64,000 nucleotides of DNA from a virus. This document shows positions 17,862 to 28,393 of this stretch, in pieces. The notes beneath the pieces were generated by a model. That model searched no databases, had not been told where the DNA came from, and saw only the letters and a list, made by a program, of their open reading frames with translations. Positions within the stretch are counted from its first letter, which is position 1. Every line of letters begins with the position of its first letter. The DNA lies in the IMG/VR virus record IMGVR_UViG_3300032315_000202, positions 3,502 to 67,501 of that record. One strand, given 5' to 3'. A program made the translations under genes and the position numbers.

Positions 17862-19619
17862 ATGCCACGTTTGTCACTTTATCGTCCGAATAAACAGAAC
17901 GATTATCGCTTCTTTGATAGAACGATATCAGAACAATTCACTGTGGGCGGAACTGACTTGTATATTCACAAATATGCGGGTGTAACTAATCAGGGACCGT
18001 CGATTGACCCTACTCAACCACAGTATCTAGAACCCAATCCTACACAAATTCAAGACTTGCTGTTTTTAGAAAACAGAGATAGAAAGTATGATACTAACAT
18101 CTATCGTTTGAGAGGGCATTATAACGTTCAGAATTTAGACTTCGATCTAAGTCAATTTGGGTTGTTCCTAAATAACGATATCATCTTTGTTACTGTACAC
18201 TACAATGATATGATTGACATCATTGGTAGAAAGTTAATGGTGGGTGACGTTCTCGAACTTCCTCATAGGATTGACTACAATCCATTAGATGAGACTATTC
18301 CAATAGCATTAAAGCATTTCATGCAAATCACAGATGCTAACTACGCGAGTGAAGGTTTTTCTCAAACCTGGTACCCGCATCTGTGGCGTATCAAGTGCGA
18401 ACCTCTCGTCAACAGCGAAGAATTTGCAGATATTCTTAATGCTCCTACTAACCAGGACAACTATCTTGGTGATTTTGATCCTGCTAAGACTTATCCTCCT
18501 GGCTACACAGTCACTTATGGTGGTAAAATTTACAAGTCAATCATCGAGGTTCCTCCTGGAATCACTCCACCAGACGCAACTTACTGGCAGGTAGAGGCGA
18601 ACAGTAGTATTGCAGATATTCTTTCTACATACAACAAGAATATTGAGATCAACAATGCTGCTCTACGTGAAGCACAGCGGTTAGTTCCTCTTTCGGGATA
18701 CGACACTAGTAAGCTGTATATTGTTCCTACATATGGTACATTTCAATCTAACGGTGTTCCGTCTGGTAAGTTGAATCAACCTGCCCCGCCGATAGGCATC
18801 AACACACAACCCGGAACTACTCCCGGTCCTCCTGCAGTTGGTACGGTTATGATGATTAAAAATCCTCGTTACAGAAATACTGCTTCCGGAATCAAAATCA
18901 AGAAGTCAGTTCTTGAAAGCATCTGGGACATGACTGCCGATTCTATCGGCTTCAATGACAAGATTGATAAGTTTGTCCAAGCTCAGCTTTCAGTCATTGA
19001 GCAAGCACCTCAAAAAACAGACGGTGGTTCAGGTTCAGTAGAAACAGACAAGATTCTAAACGTACAATCATTTGGCATCGTGACTGGTCCGTACGGGACC
19101 GCGGATAACACCTATGCAACTGCGGATCAGAATCCAGAAGCTCCTGGCTTCATCGGAGATATCACGATTAACATGGACTATCGTGCTGACTGTATCCCAG
19201 GCTTTCAGTACATTGCTCGTGCAAGTCCACGCTCATTTGGCTACACCACTGGATATATGTCAGGCGACGGTCAACCACCAAACGGCTTCCCGCTAGGAAC
19301 AGCAGGTTTAGAAGAAGGAAGGCTATCAACAACAGGTGCAGGTATCACTTTCCCGGAAAATCCACAAGTAGGTGAATACTTCTTACGTATTGACTATCTA
19401 CCTCAATTATTGTATCGCTGGGACGGCTTGATGTGGATCAGGATCAGTGATAAAGTCAGGACTGATACAGGCTTTGGCATCGAAGACCGCTCGTTGAAAT
19501 CGTTATTTATTAATGATAGCGATCAAATCTATCTAAATAGTGAAGAGAAACTGGTTCCCGAAGCTCAGCCGTTGTCATCGATATTGCAGCCTAAGCCAGA
19601 CGTTCTACCACCGGAGTAA
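17862..19619 (+). CDS. Putative neck/head-closure protein (gp14-like) with an inserted carbohydrate-binding-like module
   Basis: Lies between gp13-like and gp15-like genes; LSQFGLFL..GDVLELP motif; late promoter at 17850-17856. Confidence 0.55.
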   Translation: MPRLSLYRPNKQNDYRFFDRTISEQFTVGGTDLYIHKYAGVTNQGPSIDPTQPQYLEPNPTQIQDLLFLENRDRKYDTNIYRLRGHYNVQNLDFDLSQFGLFLNNDIIFVTVHYNDMIDIIGRKLMVGDVLELPHRIDYNPLDETIPIALKHFMQITDANYASEGFSQTWYPHLWRIKCEPLVNSEEFADILNAPTNQDNYLGDFDPAKTYPPGYTVTYGGKIYKSIIEVPPGITPPDATYWQVEANSSIADILSTYNKNIEINNAALREAQRLVPLSGYDTSKLYIVPTYGTFQSNGVPSGKLNQPAPPIGINTQPGTTPGPPAVGTVMMIKNPRYRNTASGIKIKKSVLESIWDMTADSIGFNDKIDKFVQAQLSVIEQAPQKTDGGSGSVETDKILNVQSFGIVTGPYGTADNTYATADQNPEAPGFIGDITINMDYRADCIPGFQYIARASPRSFGYTTGYMSGDGQPPNGFPLGTAGLEEGRLSTTGAGITFPENPQVGEYFLRIDYLPQLLYRWDGLMWIRISDKVRTDTGFGIEDRSLKSLFINDSDQIYLNSEEKLVPEAQPLSSILQPKPDVLPPE

Positions 19620-19628
19620 TATCAAACT

Positions 19629-21005
19629 ATGGCCCAATTTTTCTACGACAATCAGGTCCGTCGTTTTCTGATTCAATTTGCCAAGATATTTTCAAACTGG
19701 TATGTCACCAGAGGCAAGGATCCCAACGGTAATGAAATCCTAGTACGTATACCAATCATGTACGGTGATTCAAGCAGACAAGCAGCTACTATCATTGCTA
19801 ACAACTCTGCTAGTAATCTTCCATCAGCACCTTTGATCACATATTATATCACCGGGATTGAGTATAATCAGAAATGGACACAGGATCCTACGTTCGTCGA
19901 TAAACTAAACGTTAGACAACGTGCATATAATCAAGATACACAAAGCTATGAGACTACACAAGGACAAGCGTTTACAGTTGAACGCTTGATGCCTGTTCCT
20001 TATACGTTAAGAGTTAATGTAGACTTTTGGACTACTAACTATCAGCAGAAGCTAGAAATCTTCGAACAGCTAGCGACTCTATTCAACCCTGCTCTTGAAA
20101 TACAAAGCACTGATAACTTTATCGACTGGACTTCGTTGTCCGCAGTATTTCAAGACGGCATAACATTCTCAAGCAGAACTATTCCAGTTGGAACTAACAA
20201 CCCGATCGATGTCATGACTTGGAAGTTCTATATGCCTATCTGGATCAGCACTAGTTCTAAGCTCAAGAAGATGGGAGTCATCCAAAAGATCATCGCCTCT
20301 ATCTACAAAGGTTCTGCTCTACTGGATGTCCAAGACGATCAGTTGTTGCTTGGCACTAGACAAAAGATTACACCTTATGGTTATAAAGTATTGTTGTTAG
20401 GTAATAGACTACAATTACTTCCTGCCAATGAAGCATTTAACCCATCCAACGACGCATTAGCGTTACCCGATAGTCCTAATACTAACCTATATTGGTCTGC
20501 GCTGCTGAACGTATACGGCGCCATCAAGCCCGGCATCTCTCAGATTTGGCTACAGAATCCATACATGAATGACGACATTGTAGGTACCATTGTTCCTGAT
20601 CCAACGGATGATAGATTCTTGATCTACAATATCGACCAAGACACCCTACCTCAAAACACGCTAGCTCCCGTGAACAGTATCATTAACCCCCAATTAACCG
20701 GGCCCAATGCAGGATTGCCAGGCCCGATGCCAGGAGTACGGTATCTAATTGTAGAAGATATCGGCAGTGCGGGTGCTACCACTGTTTCATGGGGAGGACT
20801 AGTCGCAAATGCTAATGACATTGTTCAGTTTAACGCCAACACCGGACAGTGGTTTGTATCTTTTGACTCTCAAGCTTCAACTACTGTGCAGTTTGTCACT
20901 AATTTAACGACTAGTGTGCAGTATCGCTACGTGAATGCCGATGGAATGTGGATGAAGTCATACGAAGGTTGGTATGATCAGGGCGATTATAGTATCGTCA
21001 TCTAA
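19629..21005 (+). CDS. gp15: Tail sheath terminator/stabiliser (T4 gp15-like)
   Basis: FFYDNQVRRFLIQFAKIFSN..RIPIMYG..MPVPYTL..QKLEIFEQLATLFNP. Confidence 0.75.
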   Translation: MAQFFYDNQVRRFLIQFAKIFSNWYVTRGKDPNGNEILVRIPIMYGDSSRQAATIIANNSASNLPSAPLITYYITGIEYNQKWTQDPTFVDKLNVRQRAYNQDTQSYETTQGQAFTVERLMPVPYTLRVNVDFWTTNYQQKLEIFEQLATLFNPALEIQSTDNFIDWTSLSAVFQDGITFSSRTIPVGTNNPIDVMTWKFYMPIWISTSSKLKKMGVIQKIIASIYKGSALLDVQDDQLLLGTRQKITPYGYKVLLLGNRLQLLPANEAFNPSNDALALPDSPNTNLYWSALLNVYGAIKPGISQIWLQNPYMNDDIVGTIVPDPTDDRFLIYNIDQDTLPQNTLAPVNSIINPQLTGPNAGLPGPMPGVRYLIVEDIGSAGATTVSWGGLVANANDIVQFNANTGQWFVSFDSQASTTVQFVTNLTTSVQYRYVNADGMWMKSYEGWYDQGDYSIVI

Positions 21006-21006
21006 A

Positions 21007-21411
21007 ATGTCTCATCAAGCAGTCGGCGTCTTCTTCTATAGCAAATCTAGTGCTAGATATCTGTATCTACTCAGGTCGGATATGAGAAATCCAACGTGGA
21101 GTATTCCCGGAGGAAAACTTGAGGATAACGAAACATTACTAGATGGGATTCAAAGAGAATGCACTGAAGAAATAGGGTTCTTCGATCCCACTCTAAAATT
21201 TGTTCCTATTCAAAAATTCGTGAATAATACGTTCGTGTATCATACGTTCTTCTGCGAAGTGGGAGATGAATTCATTCCTAAATTAAACGATGAACATGTG
21301 GGTTATGCTTGGGTAGGAGATGGATTATATCCCAAGCCATTACACCCCGGATTGTTTAGTACTGTCAACATTGACGTTGTTCAAGAAAAGCTAGATATAT
21401 TAACTGGTTAA
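21007..21411 (+). CDS. NUDIX hydrolase
   Basis: WSIPGGKLEDNETLLDGIQRECTEEIG Nudix box. Confidence 0.9.
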   Translation: MSHQAVGVFFYSKSSARYLYLLRSDMRNPTWSIPGGKLEDNETLLDGIQRECTEEIGFFDPTLKFVPIQKFVNNTFVYHTFFCEVGDEFIPKLNDEHVGYAWVGDGLYPKPLHPGLFSTVNIDVVQEKLDILTG

Positions 21412-21419
21412 TAACCGTA

Positions 21420-21743
21420 TCACATTCCAACTAGTTTTTGTATTGTGTCGAAACCTAATGCGCCTGCTAACACACCTGCACCCATAAGCATCCAGCGCCA
21501 TTTTTCTAGCGCAGAAATCTTCTTATTAACCTCGTCGTGCTGGGCGTTGTTTTCATCCTGAAACCCTTTGATTAGATCATGTGTTTCTTGTATTTGCGTT
21601 TTGATCTCATTGCGAAAGTCCTTCAGGTCAGCCTTTAGATCATCAACTTTTTCATTGATATTTCCATACTGAACCTGAAGGACCGCAATTTCGGTCTCAG
21701 CTTGCTTGAGTTGTTGAACGGAAGAAGTCTGAGCCATAGTCAT
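21420..21743 (-). CDS. Coiled-coil protein with C-terminal transmembrane helix (XhlA/holin-like)
   Basis: Heptad pattern followed by LEKWRWMLMGAGVLAGALG. Confidence 0.55.
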   Translation of the reverse strand: MTMAQTSSVQQLKQAETEIAVLQVQYGNINEKVDDLKADLKDFRNEIKTQIQETHDLIKGFQDENNAQHDEVNKKISALEKWRWMLMGAGVLAGALGFDTIQKLVGM

Positions 21744-21748
21744 CTACC

Positions 21749-23131
21749 TTATGCGTTGTTGATAGTTACGATTGGGTTCGGCTGACCATTGTCTACGTTC
21801 GCAACAGCGGCTGCGTTGAACGATGAAATGACATCCGGGTTAACGTTAGCCAATACCGCAAGACCTGTACCGGAAGCAGTTCCAGTAGCAGTGAATGTGA
21901 TACCAGTCATGTTAGCCATAGCACCGACCGAAGTCCAGTTTGTTGTACCTGCGCTGTAAATTGTGTATACAGTACCGATTACTAGTGAACCAGGAGCAAC
22001 TGTTGCTGGGAATAGTTCACTATCATAGTTGTTGATGCTTGAAACATACTGTGTACCGGAAGCTGCATTAGTTGCGATGATAGACATCGTGTTTGGTGTC
22101 AATGCAGTGTTCGCAACGTTAGCAGTATAAGCTGCACCAGTGATGTTAGTTACTGCACCAGTTACGAGATACTTTGTCTTTCCCTTTTGACGGACAATAT
22201 AGCCCGCTTCTGGAAGTGCCTGAATGAATGGATCACCTAGACCAGTTGGTCCTGTTGCGTTGTTTGCTGATACAGCACCTAAAACAACACGGTTCTGAAC
22301 AGCGTTTGGTGTACCTGTAGCATCTGATAAATCTACTTCTGCGCCACCGCGTGTTGCAGAAACAGTAAAGGCAGCTGCGTTAGCAATTGCCTTAACAAAG
22401 TATGTAGTACCTGTTACTAGACCACCTAAGTTAGCAGTAAATGCAACTGGTGTATTTACTGTCAATGTTTGTGAATTGCCACTTGTACCGATGATGTTAC
22501 CGGTGTTAGCTGTGTTAGCAACTGCAATAGTCAAGTTACCTTTTGTTGCTGTACCGGTACCTAATAGATTTACGTTATTACTTGCATCAATTGCAAACAA
22601 GATAGAACCTGTTGCCAAATTTGCGAAGTCAGTACCAAGACCAACTACAACGTTGCTCCCAGTGTCAGCATAGACTGTACCGGTGCCATTGACACCAAAT
22701 GCCACGTTACAAAGAACTTGCTTACCGTAGATACCTGTGTTGCCACCGACTACGCCGTATGTGTTAGAGTTCGTTGCCGGGAAACCTGCGCCGCCGACTG
22801 GGTTGTTGAAGTATGCATCAACTACTGCGACTGATGCAGCTACAGAACCACCTGATGAGTCTGTTAGTGTTGCCATGACTTGAGGCTGAACACTTAGCTC
22901 TGTTGCAGAAACGTCAAATGTGTTGTTGGATAGAATTGAATTGATATAATAAATTGTACCGGCTACAAGTCCACCGACTGTAGTAGCAACGATGAATGGC
23001 ATACCAGCGGCTACGCCGACAGTAGGTGAAGTAGTTAAATTATCTGATACTGTTACGATACTGCCTGCTTCGGCTGTATCAGTGATGGTCAAGATTGCTT
23101 GAGCCTTCGCGATTTTTAGTGGGCGTCCCAT
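21749..23131 (-). CDS. Virion structural protein (beta-rich, T/G/A/N-rich)
   Basis: MGRPLK start; repeated GGLVxGTxYxI motif; late promoter at 23212-23218. Confidence 0.65.
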   Translation of the reverse strand: MGRPLKIAKAQAILTITDTAEAGSIVTVSDNLTTSPTVGVAAGMPFIVATTVGGLVAGTIYYINSILSNNTFDVSATELSVQPQVMATLTDSSGGSVAASVAVVDAYFNNPVGGAGFPATNSNTYGVVGGNTGIYGKQVLCNVAFGVNGTGTVYADTGSNVVVGLGTDFANLATGSILFAIDASNNVNLLGTGTATKGNLTIAVANTANTGNIIGTSGNSQTLTVNTPVAFTANLGGLVTGTTYFVKAIANAAAFTVSATRGGAEVDLSDATGTPNAVQNRVVLGAVSANNATGPTGLGDPFIQALPEAGYIVRQKGKTKYLVTGAVTNITGAAYTANVANTALTPNTMSIIATNAASGTQYVSSINNYDSELFPATVAPGSLVIGTVYTIYSAGTTNWTSVGAMANMTGITFTATGTASGTGLAVLANVNPDVISSFNAAAVANVDNGQPNPIVTINNA

Positions 23132-23235
23132 TTGTTTTCTCCTTATGGTTGCGAGTTCTAGTCGCTACGCAGTGGGTGCTGCATAAGTTCTCCTTGTGAG
23201 AACGTATGATGTATTTAGCTTTATTGCGTAAAAAC

Positions 23236-23793
23236 TTATTGAGTTGGTCCCCCGTTTGCCGGAGTCGCGAGAACACCAGAAGTACCGGTATTAGCATGAG
23301 GAGCACCAAGTTCAGTGATGGTAAACAAACTATTTGCACCTGCAACAGATAGATATGATACCACGTTTCCCTGTCCAACAATCACGCTATTGAGAGTAGT
23401 GTTGGGTGGAACAAACTGACTATTAGCGTTTGCTACACTATAAGCAACACCGTATGGGTTATATCTTGCATTAGCTCCGCTGATCGCTACTAAAGCGTTA
23501 GCAGCTAGTACTAAGCTAGTGTTGTTAGCAATTGATTGTACGATACCCACCGAGTTACCACCTGTGTTTCCGATCCATGCACCCACATTTAACTCAGTAG
23601 TGAACGATGTACCTGACCCTGTAATTACGTTGCTGTTTGTAGCGCAAGTGACTGTACCAGTCAGTGCTACGTTCGGGAAACTAGTAGTGTACTGAATCCC
23701 AACATTTGATGTAGCAATCCTCACCCTATCCGTAGCAATGTTTGCTGATGCTGACGGCGAAGCTGAGTTTGCTGTATATGCGTATGATGCCAT
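23236..23793 (-). CDS. Virion structural protein
   Basis: GTVT..SNVITGSGTSFTTEL fibre-type motif. Confidence 0.6.
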   Translation of the reverse strand: MASYAYTANSASPSASANIATDRVRIATSNVGIQYTTSFPNVALTGTVTCATNSNVITGSGTSFTTELNVGAWIGNTGGNSVGIVQSIANNTSLVLAANALVAISGANARYNPYGVAYSVANANSQFVPPNTTLNSVIVGQGNVVSYLSVAGANSLFTITELGAPHANTGTSGVLATPANGGPTQ

Positions 23794-23810
23794 TTTATTA
23801 TCCTTTTAAA

Positions 23811-25505
23811 TTAAGCGAACGTTGCGCCAACAGTGTACCATTGAGTGCCACTAGTCGCGTAATATTGTATACTTGCACCCGAAACGTGTGAATATGCAGC
23901 ATTCGTTGAACCGCTATTAACGGCTCCACCTGTTGCCGGGTAAACATTAAGAGTATTAGCACTGGTATTATTAACAATTAATACTATACCGGCGACTGCG
24001 GTTGGAAGCAATACTCCGTTTGCCCCAGAAGAAACTGTACTGACAACATTAATCTCTTTGGTCAATGCTGTTGCAGTACCCTGTGTTGAGCCTGCTGCCG
24101 TAATGCCAGTTGTGATCGAACGAATATGATAAGAAGTCGCTACTAGGTTACCGCCTGTTATGTTGCCGTTCACTGCTAACGTTTGGGTGGTCAAAAGTCC
24201 AGTTGCTGCATTGAAAGAAATGTTAGCGTTAGATGCAAGTGCGTAGTTTGCACTAGTGTTGGCGCTCACAAATACCGGGTAGAAGGTACCGGTTGTCTGC
24301 GTAGTCACTGCGCCGAAATCTGAAACATTTGCATGTGCGACATTGAGGTTCGCTACACGAGTAGTTGACACGACTTGAATAGGGGCAGTACCAGTATCTG
24401 CAATGTTTGAAAATAACCTAGTTCCAGTCACGAGACCGGCTGAGTTCAAGTTGCCAACGTTTGCATTGCCGTTAACAGTTAATAATGTTGCAACGCTATC
24501 ATACGTGAGAGCAGCACTACCTGCCAAAGTTCCCCCGCTGTTAAACTGAATCGCGTTAGCAGGAGGGGAAGCAGCAAGAACTCCGCCGGACCCACCCACG
24601 TTAGCGATAGCTCTACCCCCTTGTTGATAAACATTGGCTGTTAAACCGCTGGTAGTTTGTAAAGAAAGGATGTTTGAAGCATTCCCGTCAGCAGACGTTG
24701 CGATTCTTATTGTAGTTCCGGTTGGCTTGTCATACACATAGTATGTGGTGTTTGCGGTAATACCGCTAGTTGACATGTTGCCGATGAAGGACACTGCTGC
24801 ATTAGCAGTGAACTGTGTTGAATTTCCTATTGTAACTCGATTAGTAGTTACTGTTGTTGCACTGACGTTAGTATATGCATATGCAGAGTATGCGGACGAG
24901 TCTACCGGAGTGCTTAATCCAGAGTCAGAATAGAGTGAGAATGTGTTTGAAGTAAGCACATTGGCGTAATAAGAATTACCATTTAGTTCAACCATTCCCT
25001 GTGCATCGGTGATCGTTACCCTAGAACCATCAGTGAAGAAGTTGTTTCCTGTCGTGGTAACAACAGCGGGGTTAGCTTTTGTTACGTTCTCGATGCCGGC
25101 AGTGATTGTTGCTTTGGGCGTCCAAGAAAGATTACCTGTACCGTCAGTCTGCAACACATAGCCACTGGCGCCGCCGTCGAGCTTAACATTACTCGCATCA
25201 CCTAGTGTGATCAGCCCGCCGGCGTTCCCGCCGCGATTTACCCAATTGGTGCCGTCGAACGCTAGGACTTCTCCGTTAGCAAGAGAAGATGCAGTAATGT
25301 TGATATTTCCTACAGCACCGTCAATCTGGCTAAAACTGATAGCGGAATACCCAGTAAGTACTTCAACGTTTTCATTCGGTGTTATCTTACCGATGAAAAG
25401 GCGTTTCTGGTCTGACGCCCAACCAAATTCGGCTTCATCTAATTGCGGTAGGTCTACTAAGTTACCCGACCGCTGCTGTATCTTCGAAATTTGTAAAATC
25501 GCCAT
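23811..25505 (-). CDS. Tail fibre/spike-like protein
   Basis: QISKIQQRSG..LPQL..AEFGW..D..RLFIG N-terminal domain; GASGYVLQTDGTGNLSW; late promoter at 25536-25542. Confidence 0.7.
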   Translation of the reverse strand: MAILQISKIQQRSGNLVDLPQLDEAEFGWASDQKRLFIGKITPNENVEVLTGYSAISFSQIDGAVGNINITASSLANGEVLAFDGTNWVNRGGNAGGLITLGDASNVKLDGGASGYVLQTDGTGNLSWTPKATITAGIENVTKANPAVVTTTGNNFFTDGSRVTITDAQGMVELNGNSYYANVLTSNTFSLYSDSGLSTPVDSSAYSAYAYTNVSATTVTTNRVTIGNSTQFTANAAVSFIGNMSTSGITANTTYYVYDKPTGTTIRIATSADGNASNILSLQTTSGLTANVYQQGGRAIANVGGSGGVLAASPPANAIQFNSGGTLAGSAALTYDSVATLLTVNGNANVGNLNSAGLVTGTRLFSNIADTGTAPIQVVSTTRVANLNVAHANVSDFGAVTTQTTGTFYPVFVSANTSANYALASNANISFNAATGLLTTQTLAVNGNITGGNLVATSYHIRSITTGITAAGSTQGTATALTKEINVVSTVSSGANGVLLPTAVAGIVLIVNNTSANTLNVYPATGGAVNSGSTNAAYSHVSGASIQYYATSGTQWYTVGATFA

Positions 25506-25562
25506 AAGAGTAATCTTCGTCCATTGATATACTCTTATTTATGCTTTACGTATTCGAAATCC

Positions 25563-26276
25563 TCATAAGAATTTGGTGTAGTATTGTTCTAATCTTTTGT
25601 ACCACATGTCAGTGTACTTGTCAAACTCGTTGCCCTCAACGATGAACTCTAAGTATTCAGGTTTAGTCAACAAACCGGCTACTAGTTCGGGCTTGACACA
25701 CATAAAGATAACGCCCTTGCGTATCTTCGTGTTGTAGACTTCGTTGTGTGCTAGAGCATATGCACAGGTCTGAACAAAGTAGTCATCGATCCATTCTCGC
25801 TTCTTTACTTTGTTTGATTGCTTGTGGTCCATAATGGCTTCATCGCCGTCATGTATTCCACACAAGTCTGTGGTTCCTGCATAGACTTCGGGAAAATACA
25901 AAGAGACTTCAGTACCCCAAAACTCATCGCACTTAGTCAACCCCTGTTCGATGATTTGAGTAGCCATCAGATGACTCTGCTGACTGTAAGGATTGCTGCC
26001 GGGTTCGCCGCGTTTGTCTTCTCTGATGAAGTCTTCGATCCACTTATGCATACGAGTCCCCCTGCCCGCTGCTTCAGTGGTGATCTCCTGCGCTTTTTTG
26101 TGACCAACTCGCTTTCGCCAGTTTTCTAATGCTTGCTTAGATTCTTCTGACTTAGTTGCGTCTAGGATAGTCGTTACGCTGGGAACTTTAAACCCGTCGG
26201 GAGTGATATATCTGCGAGAGCCGTCGATGTTTACTTTGTTTAATTGTTGATACGGGAACTTATTTGTTATTGCCAT
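25563..26276 (-). CDS. PD-(D/E)XK exonuclease (MGME1-like)
   Basis: PSVTTIL..GTRMH..E..YAGTTD..IMDHKQ..Q..AYA. Confidence 0.85.
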   Translation of the reverse strand: MAITNKFPYQQLNKVNIDGSRRYITPDGFKVPSVTTILDATKSEESKQALENWRKRVGHKKAQEITTEAAGRGTRMHKWIEDFIREDKRGEPGSNPYSQQSHLMATQIIEQGLTKCDEFWGTEVSLYFPEVYAGTTDLCGIHDGDEAIMDHKQSNKVKKREWIDDYFVQTCAYALAHNEVYNTKIRKGVIFMCVKPELVAGLLTKPEYLEFIVEGNEFDKYTDMWYKRLEQYYTKFL

Positions 26277-26318
26277 GTGTTATTATATCACAGCTAGTTA
26301 AAAAATCAACTGAATTGG

Positions 26319-26651
26319 TTAAGTTTTCATCGCGCGTTTAGCCATATTTGCAACTATCTTATCGTTGTCTGGAGTGGCTGGTTTATCTATAGTGTCTTCT
26401 TTTTGGCCTTTGAATACCACGCGGTCACCTTGAATATTCTTAATCAACCCTTTGAGCGGGGGAGTCTTGATCATGTTGTATAGATCGTTGACATCTAGAA
26501 TAACGTCGTAATCCTGAAAGTAATCCAAAAGCTCATCCACGGTGTAATCGTCTCCGATCTCGCCGTTGTCCAAATCATCTTTTAATTGATTGGTAAGAGC
26601 GACGATCTTCGCCACAGTAGCGTTGTCTTCGTCGAATTCAAAGAGGCGCAT
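26319..26651 (-). CDS. Hypothetical protein (N-terminus MRLFEFDE)
   Basis: 110-aa ORF in the operon. Confidence 0.7.
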   Translation of the reverse strand: MRLFEFDEDNATVAKIVALTNQLKDDLDNGEIGDDYTVDELLDYFQDYDVILDVNDLYNMIKTPPLKGLIKNIQGDRVVFKGQKEDTIDKPATPDNDKIVANMAKRAMKT

Positions 26652-26653
26652 TG

Positions 26654-27361
26654 TTATCGCTTTGCGCGGCCAACATTACCTGTCTGCATGTCTGGCTCTT
26701 CTTCCGGAACAGGTGGAAGTTCTTCCGGAGCAGGCGGAAGTTCAGCCATTGCATCAGCACCCGCTGCTGCATCTACATCCATCTCGTCTTCTACGCTATC
26801 TAAGCCTGAATCGAAGCCGGAATCGAAGCCAGCATCGGCTTGGCCTGTGAGGCCGTTCAACGCAGATTGTAGTGCATTCTTAGTTTCCAATAGTGTAGTG
26901 TTAAGAGTAGCCAGAGAACCTGACACTTGTCCGTTGAATTGAGTGCTTTCGTTGGCACCGATTTCTGATTGAATCGAATCGACAAGAGCAGGAAGTTCCT
27001 TAACAAGCATGTCATTGGTGTCTTCGTACATCTTCTGAATTGAGTCAACCATGTCTTGAGCAGCAAGGATGACCTGTGATCTTTCTACTTCTTCGTTTTC
27101 GAAAACAATGCGAGGAGTCTTGATAGTTCTGAGATATTGAGTTAGAGCCTGTTCCATGAACAATGCCTTCAGATATGCGGGATTATTCTGAGTCTTATAG
27201 AAGTTTGCTGACTTCTTTGACTCTCTGAGCAAGTTGGTTACTTTGTTCAGCATAGCGCGGGCGCGAGGTCCGTTCAATGCAGATACGTCAACTCCAAGAG
27301 CAAAGTTTTCCTTCAGTGCCCTTGCTGCAACATTCTTGTTATCTAAATCATTAAGTTTCAT
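26654..27361 (-). CDS. Hypothetical late protein, possibly head core
   Basis: 235 aa with an acidic Pro-rich tail; late promoter at 27387-27393. Confidence 0.65.
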   Translation of the reverse strand: MKLNDLDNKNVAARALKENFALGVDVSALNGPRARAMLNKVTNLLRESKKSANFYKTQNNPAYLKALFMEQALTQYLRTIKTPRIVFENEEVERSQVILAAQDMVDSIQKMYEDTNDMLVKELPALVDSIQSEIGANESTQFNGQVSGSLATLNTTLLETKNALQSALNGLTGQADAGFDSGFDSGLDSVEDEMDVDAAAGADAMAELPPAPEELPPVPEEEPDMQTGNVGRAKR

Positions 27362-27392
27362 GGTTGGCTCTTCCGTTTTGATAATGTATTTA

Positions 27393-27875
27393 TCACAGAC
27401 ATCTAAGTTTTGTTTGGTTAGTCCGATTAAACTTGCTAGTCTGTATCATCTTAGAACTATTTATATAAGATTTGATCTCGTCTAGGATTTGCCTTCTTTT
27501 TCGAGTACCCTCTTGCAACTTGACCACGTAAAGCCATTTAGAATCTTGGCCCAAATGCTTACGCAACAGTTGTCTATGTATTAGCAACTCAGTATAAATG
27601 CTAGACAACTGTAAGTCTAAGGCTTGCACCCTGTTAGCTTCTCGTGTCTTGCCCGCATGATGCAAGGTGCACCAGGCTACTGCATTACGTATAGTTTCAA
27701 ACTCAATCGTGACACCTTTACTAAAAACTTTAAGCCATCCTTGATTAGTAGGTACAATAGTGTATTTTCCAAACAGAGAATATCTGCCGGTTTGATCCTT
27801 AGTAATCAATACTTCTTTAAGATCAGACTTCAACTCGTCTTCGAAAAATTGATTTAGCTTGATTTCAGTTTTCAT
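27393..27875 (-). CDS. Hypothetical protein
   Basis: 160-aa ORF coupled to the upstream gene. Confidence 0.65.
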   Translation of the reverse strand: MKTEIKLNQFFEDELKSDLKEVLITKDQTGRYSLFGKYTIVPTNQGWLKVFSKGVTIEFETIRNAVAWCTLHHAGKTREANRVQALDLQLSSIYTELLIHRQLLRKHLGQDSKWLYVVKLQEGTRKRRQILDEIKSYINSSKMIQTSKFNRTNQTKLRCL

Positions 27876-28318
27876 TACCTTACCTCAAAATAAATGTTTT
27901 TTAGCTCTTCGGTAGTATCCATATAAGTAGGTAAATTACCTACTTGATTTGGACAGAGTATCATAGGAACACCGTTGCAGTCACTATACAGTGACCCTAA
28001 GGGTTCTGTCCCTTTATCAAATACGCTAGTGTGTTGAACTTCAAATTCAAAATTCCAGCAATAGCTAATGGTATCTTCGTTTGGAGTGTAGAGAAATCCA
28101 AAGAGATTGAATTCATGATCAGTCATTTCTATTCTAGCAGGAAATCTAACGACTTCAGGCTGAGAACGCATAGAAACGACTTGTAATATGGTATCAAAAT
28201 TACACTGAGTGTTGCGCTTTCGCAACCATCCCTCAATATCATCCTGATTTGGTTTGGAACGATTCATCACCCCAGTCTGGGTTATGTCAAAAAGAGTATA
28301 ACAACACAGGCGATGCAT
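27875..28318 (-). CDS. Hypothetical protein (start MHRLCCYTLFDIT)
   Basis: ATG 28318 lies 5 nt after late promoter 28324-28330. Confidence 0.7.
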   Translation of the reverse strand: MHRLCCYTLFDITQTGVMNRSKPNQDDIEGWLRKRNTQCNFDTILQVVSMRSQPEVVRFPARIEMTDHEFNLFGFLYTPNEDTISYCWNFEFEVQHTSVFDKGTEPLGSLYSDCNGVPMILCPNQVGNLPTYMDTTEELKNIYFEVR

Positions 28319-28334
28319 TTTAGTATTTAGAGCC

Positions 28335-28369
28335 AAAAAAACCCGGGGATAAATTAATACCCCCGGGTC
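28335..28369 (-). terminator. Intrinsic terminator
   Basis: ACCCGGGG..CCCCGGGT stem followed by a T run on the minus strand. Confidence 0.7.
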
Positions 28370-28393
28370 TTATTGTAGTAGATGTACTAACTA

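Noticed and set aside
26809-26834. Short 12-bp tandem repeat encoding GFDSGFDSG
   Set aside because: Ordinary slippage in a low-complexity linker
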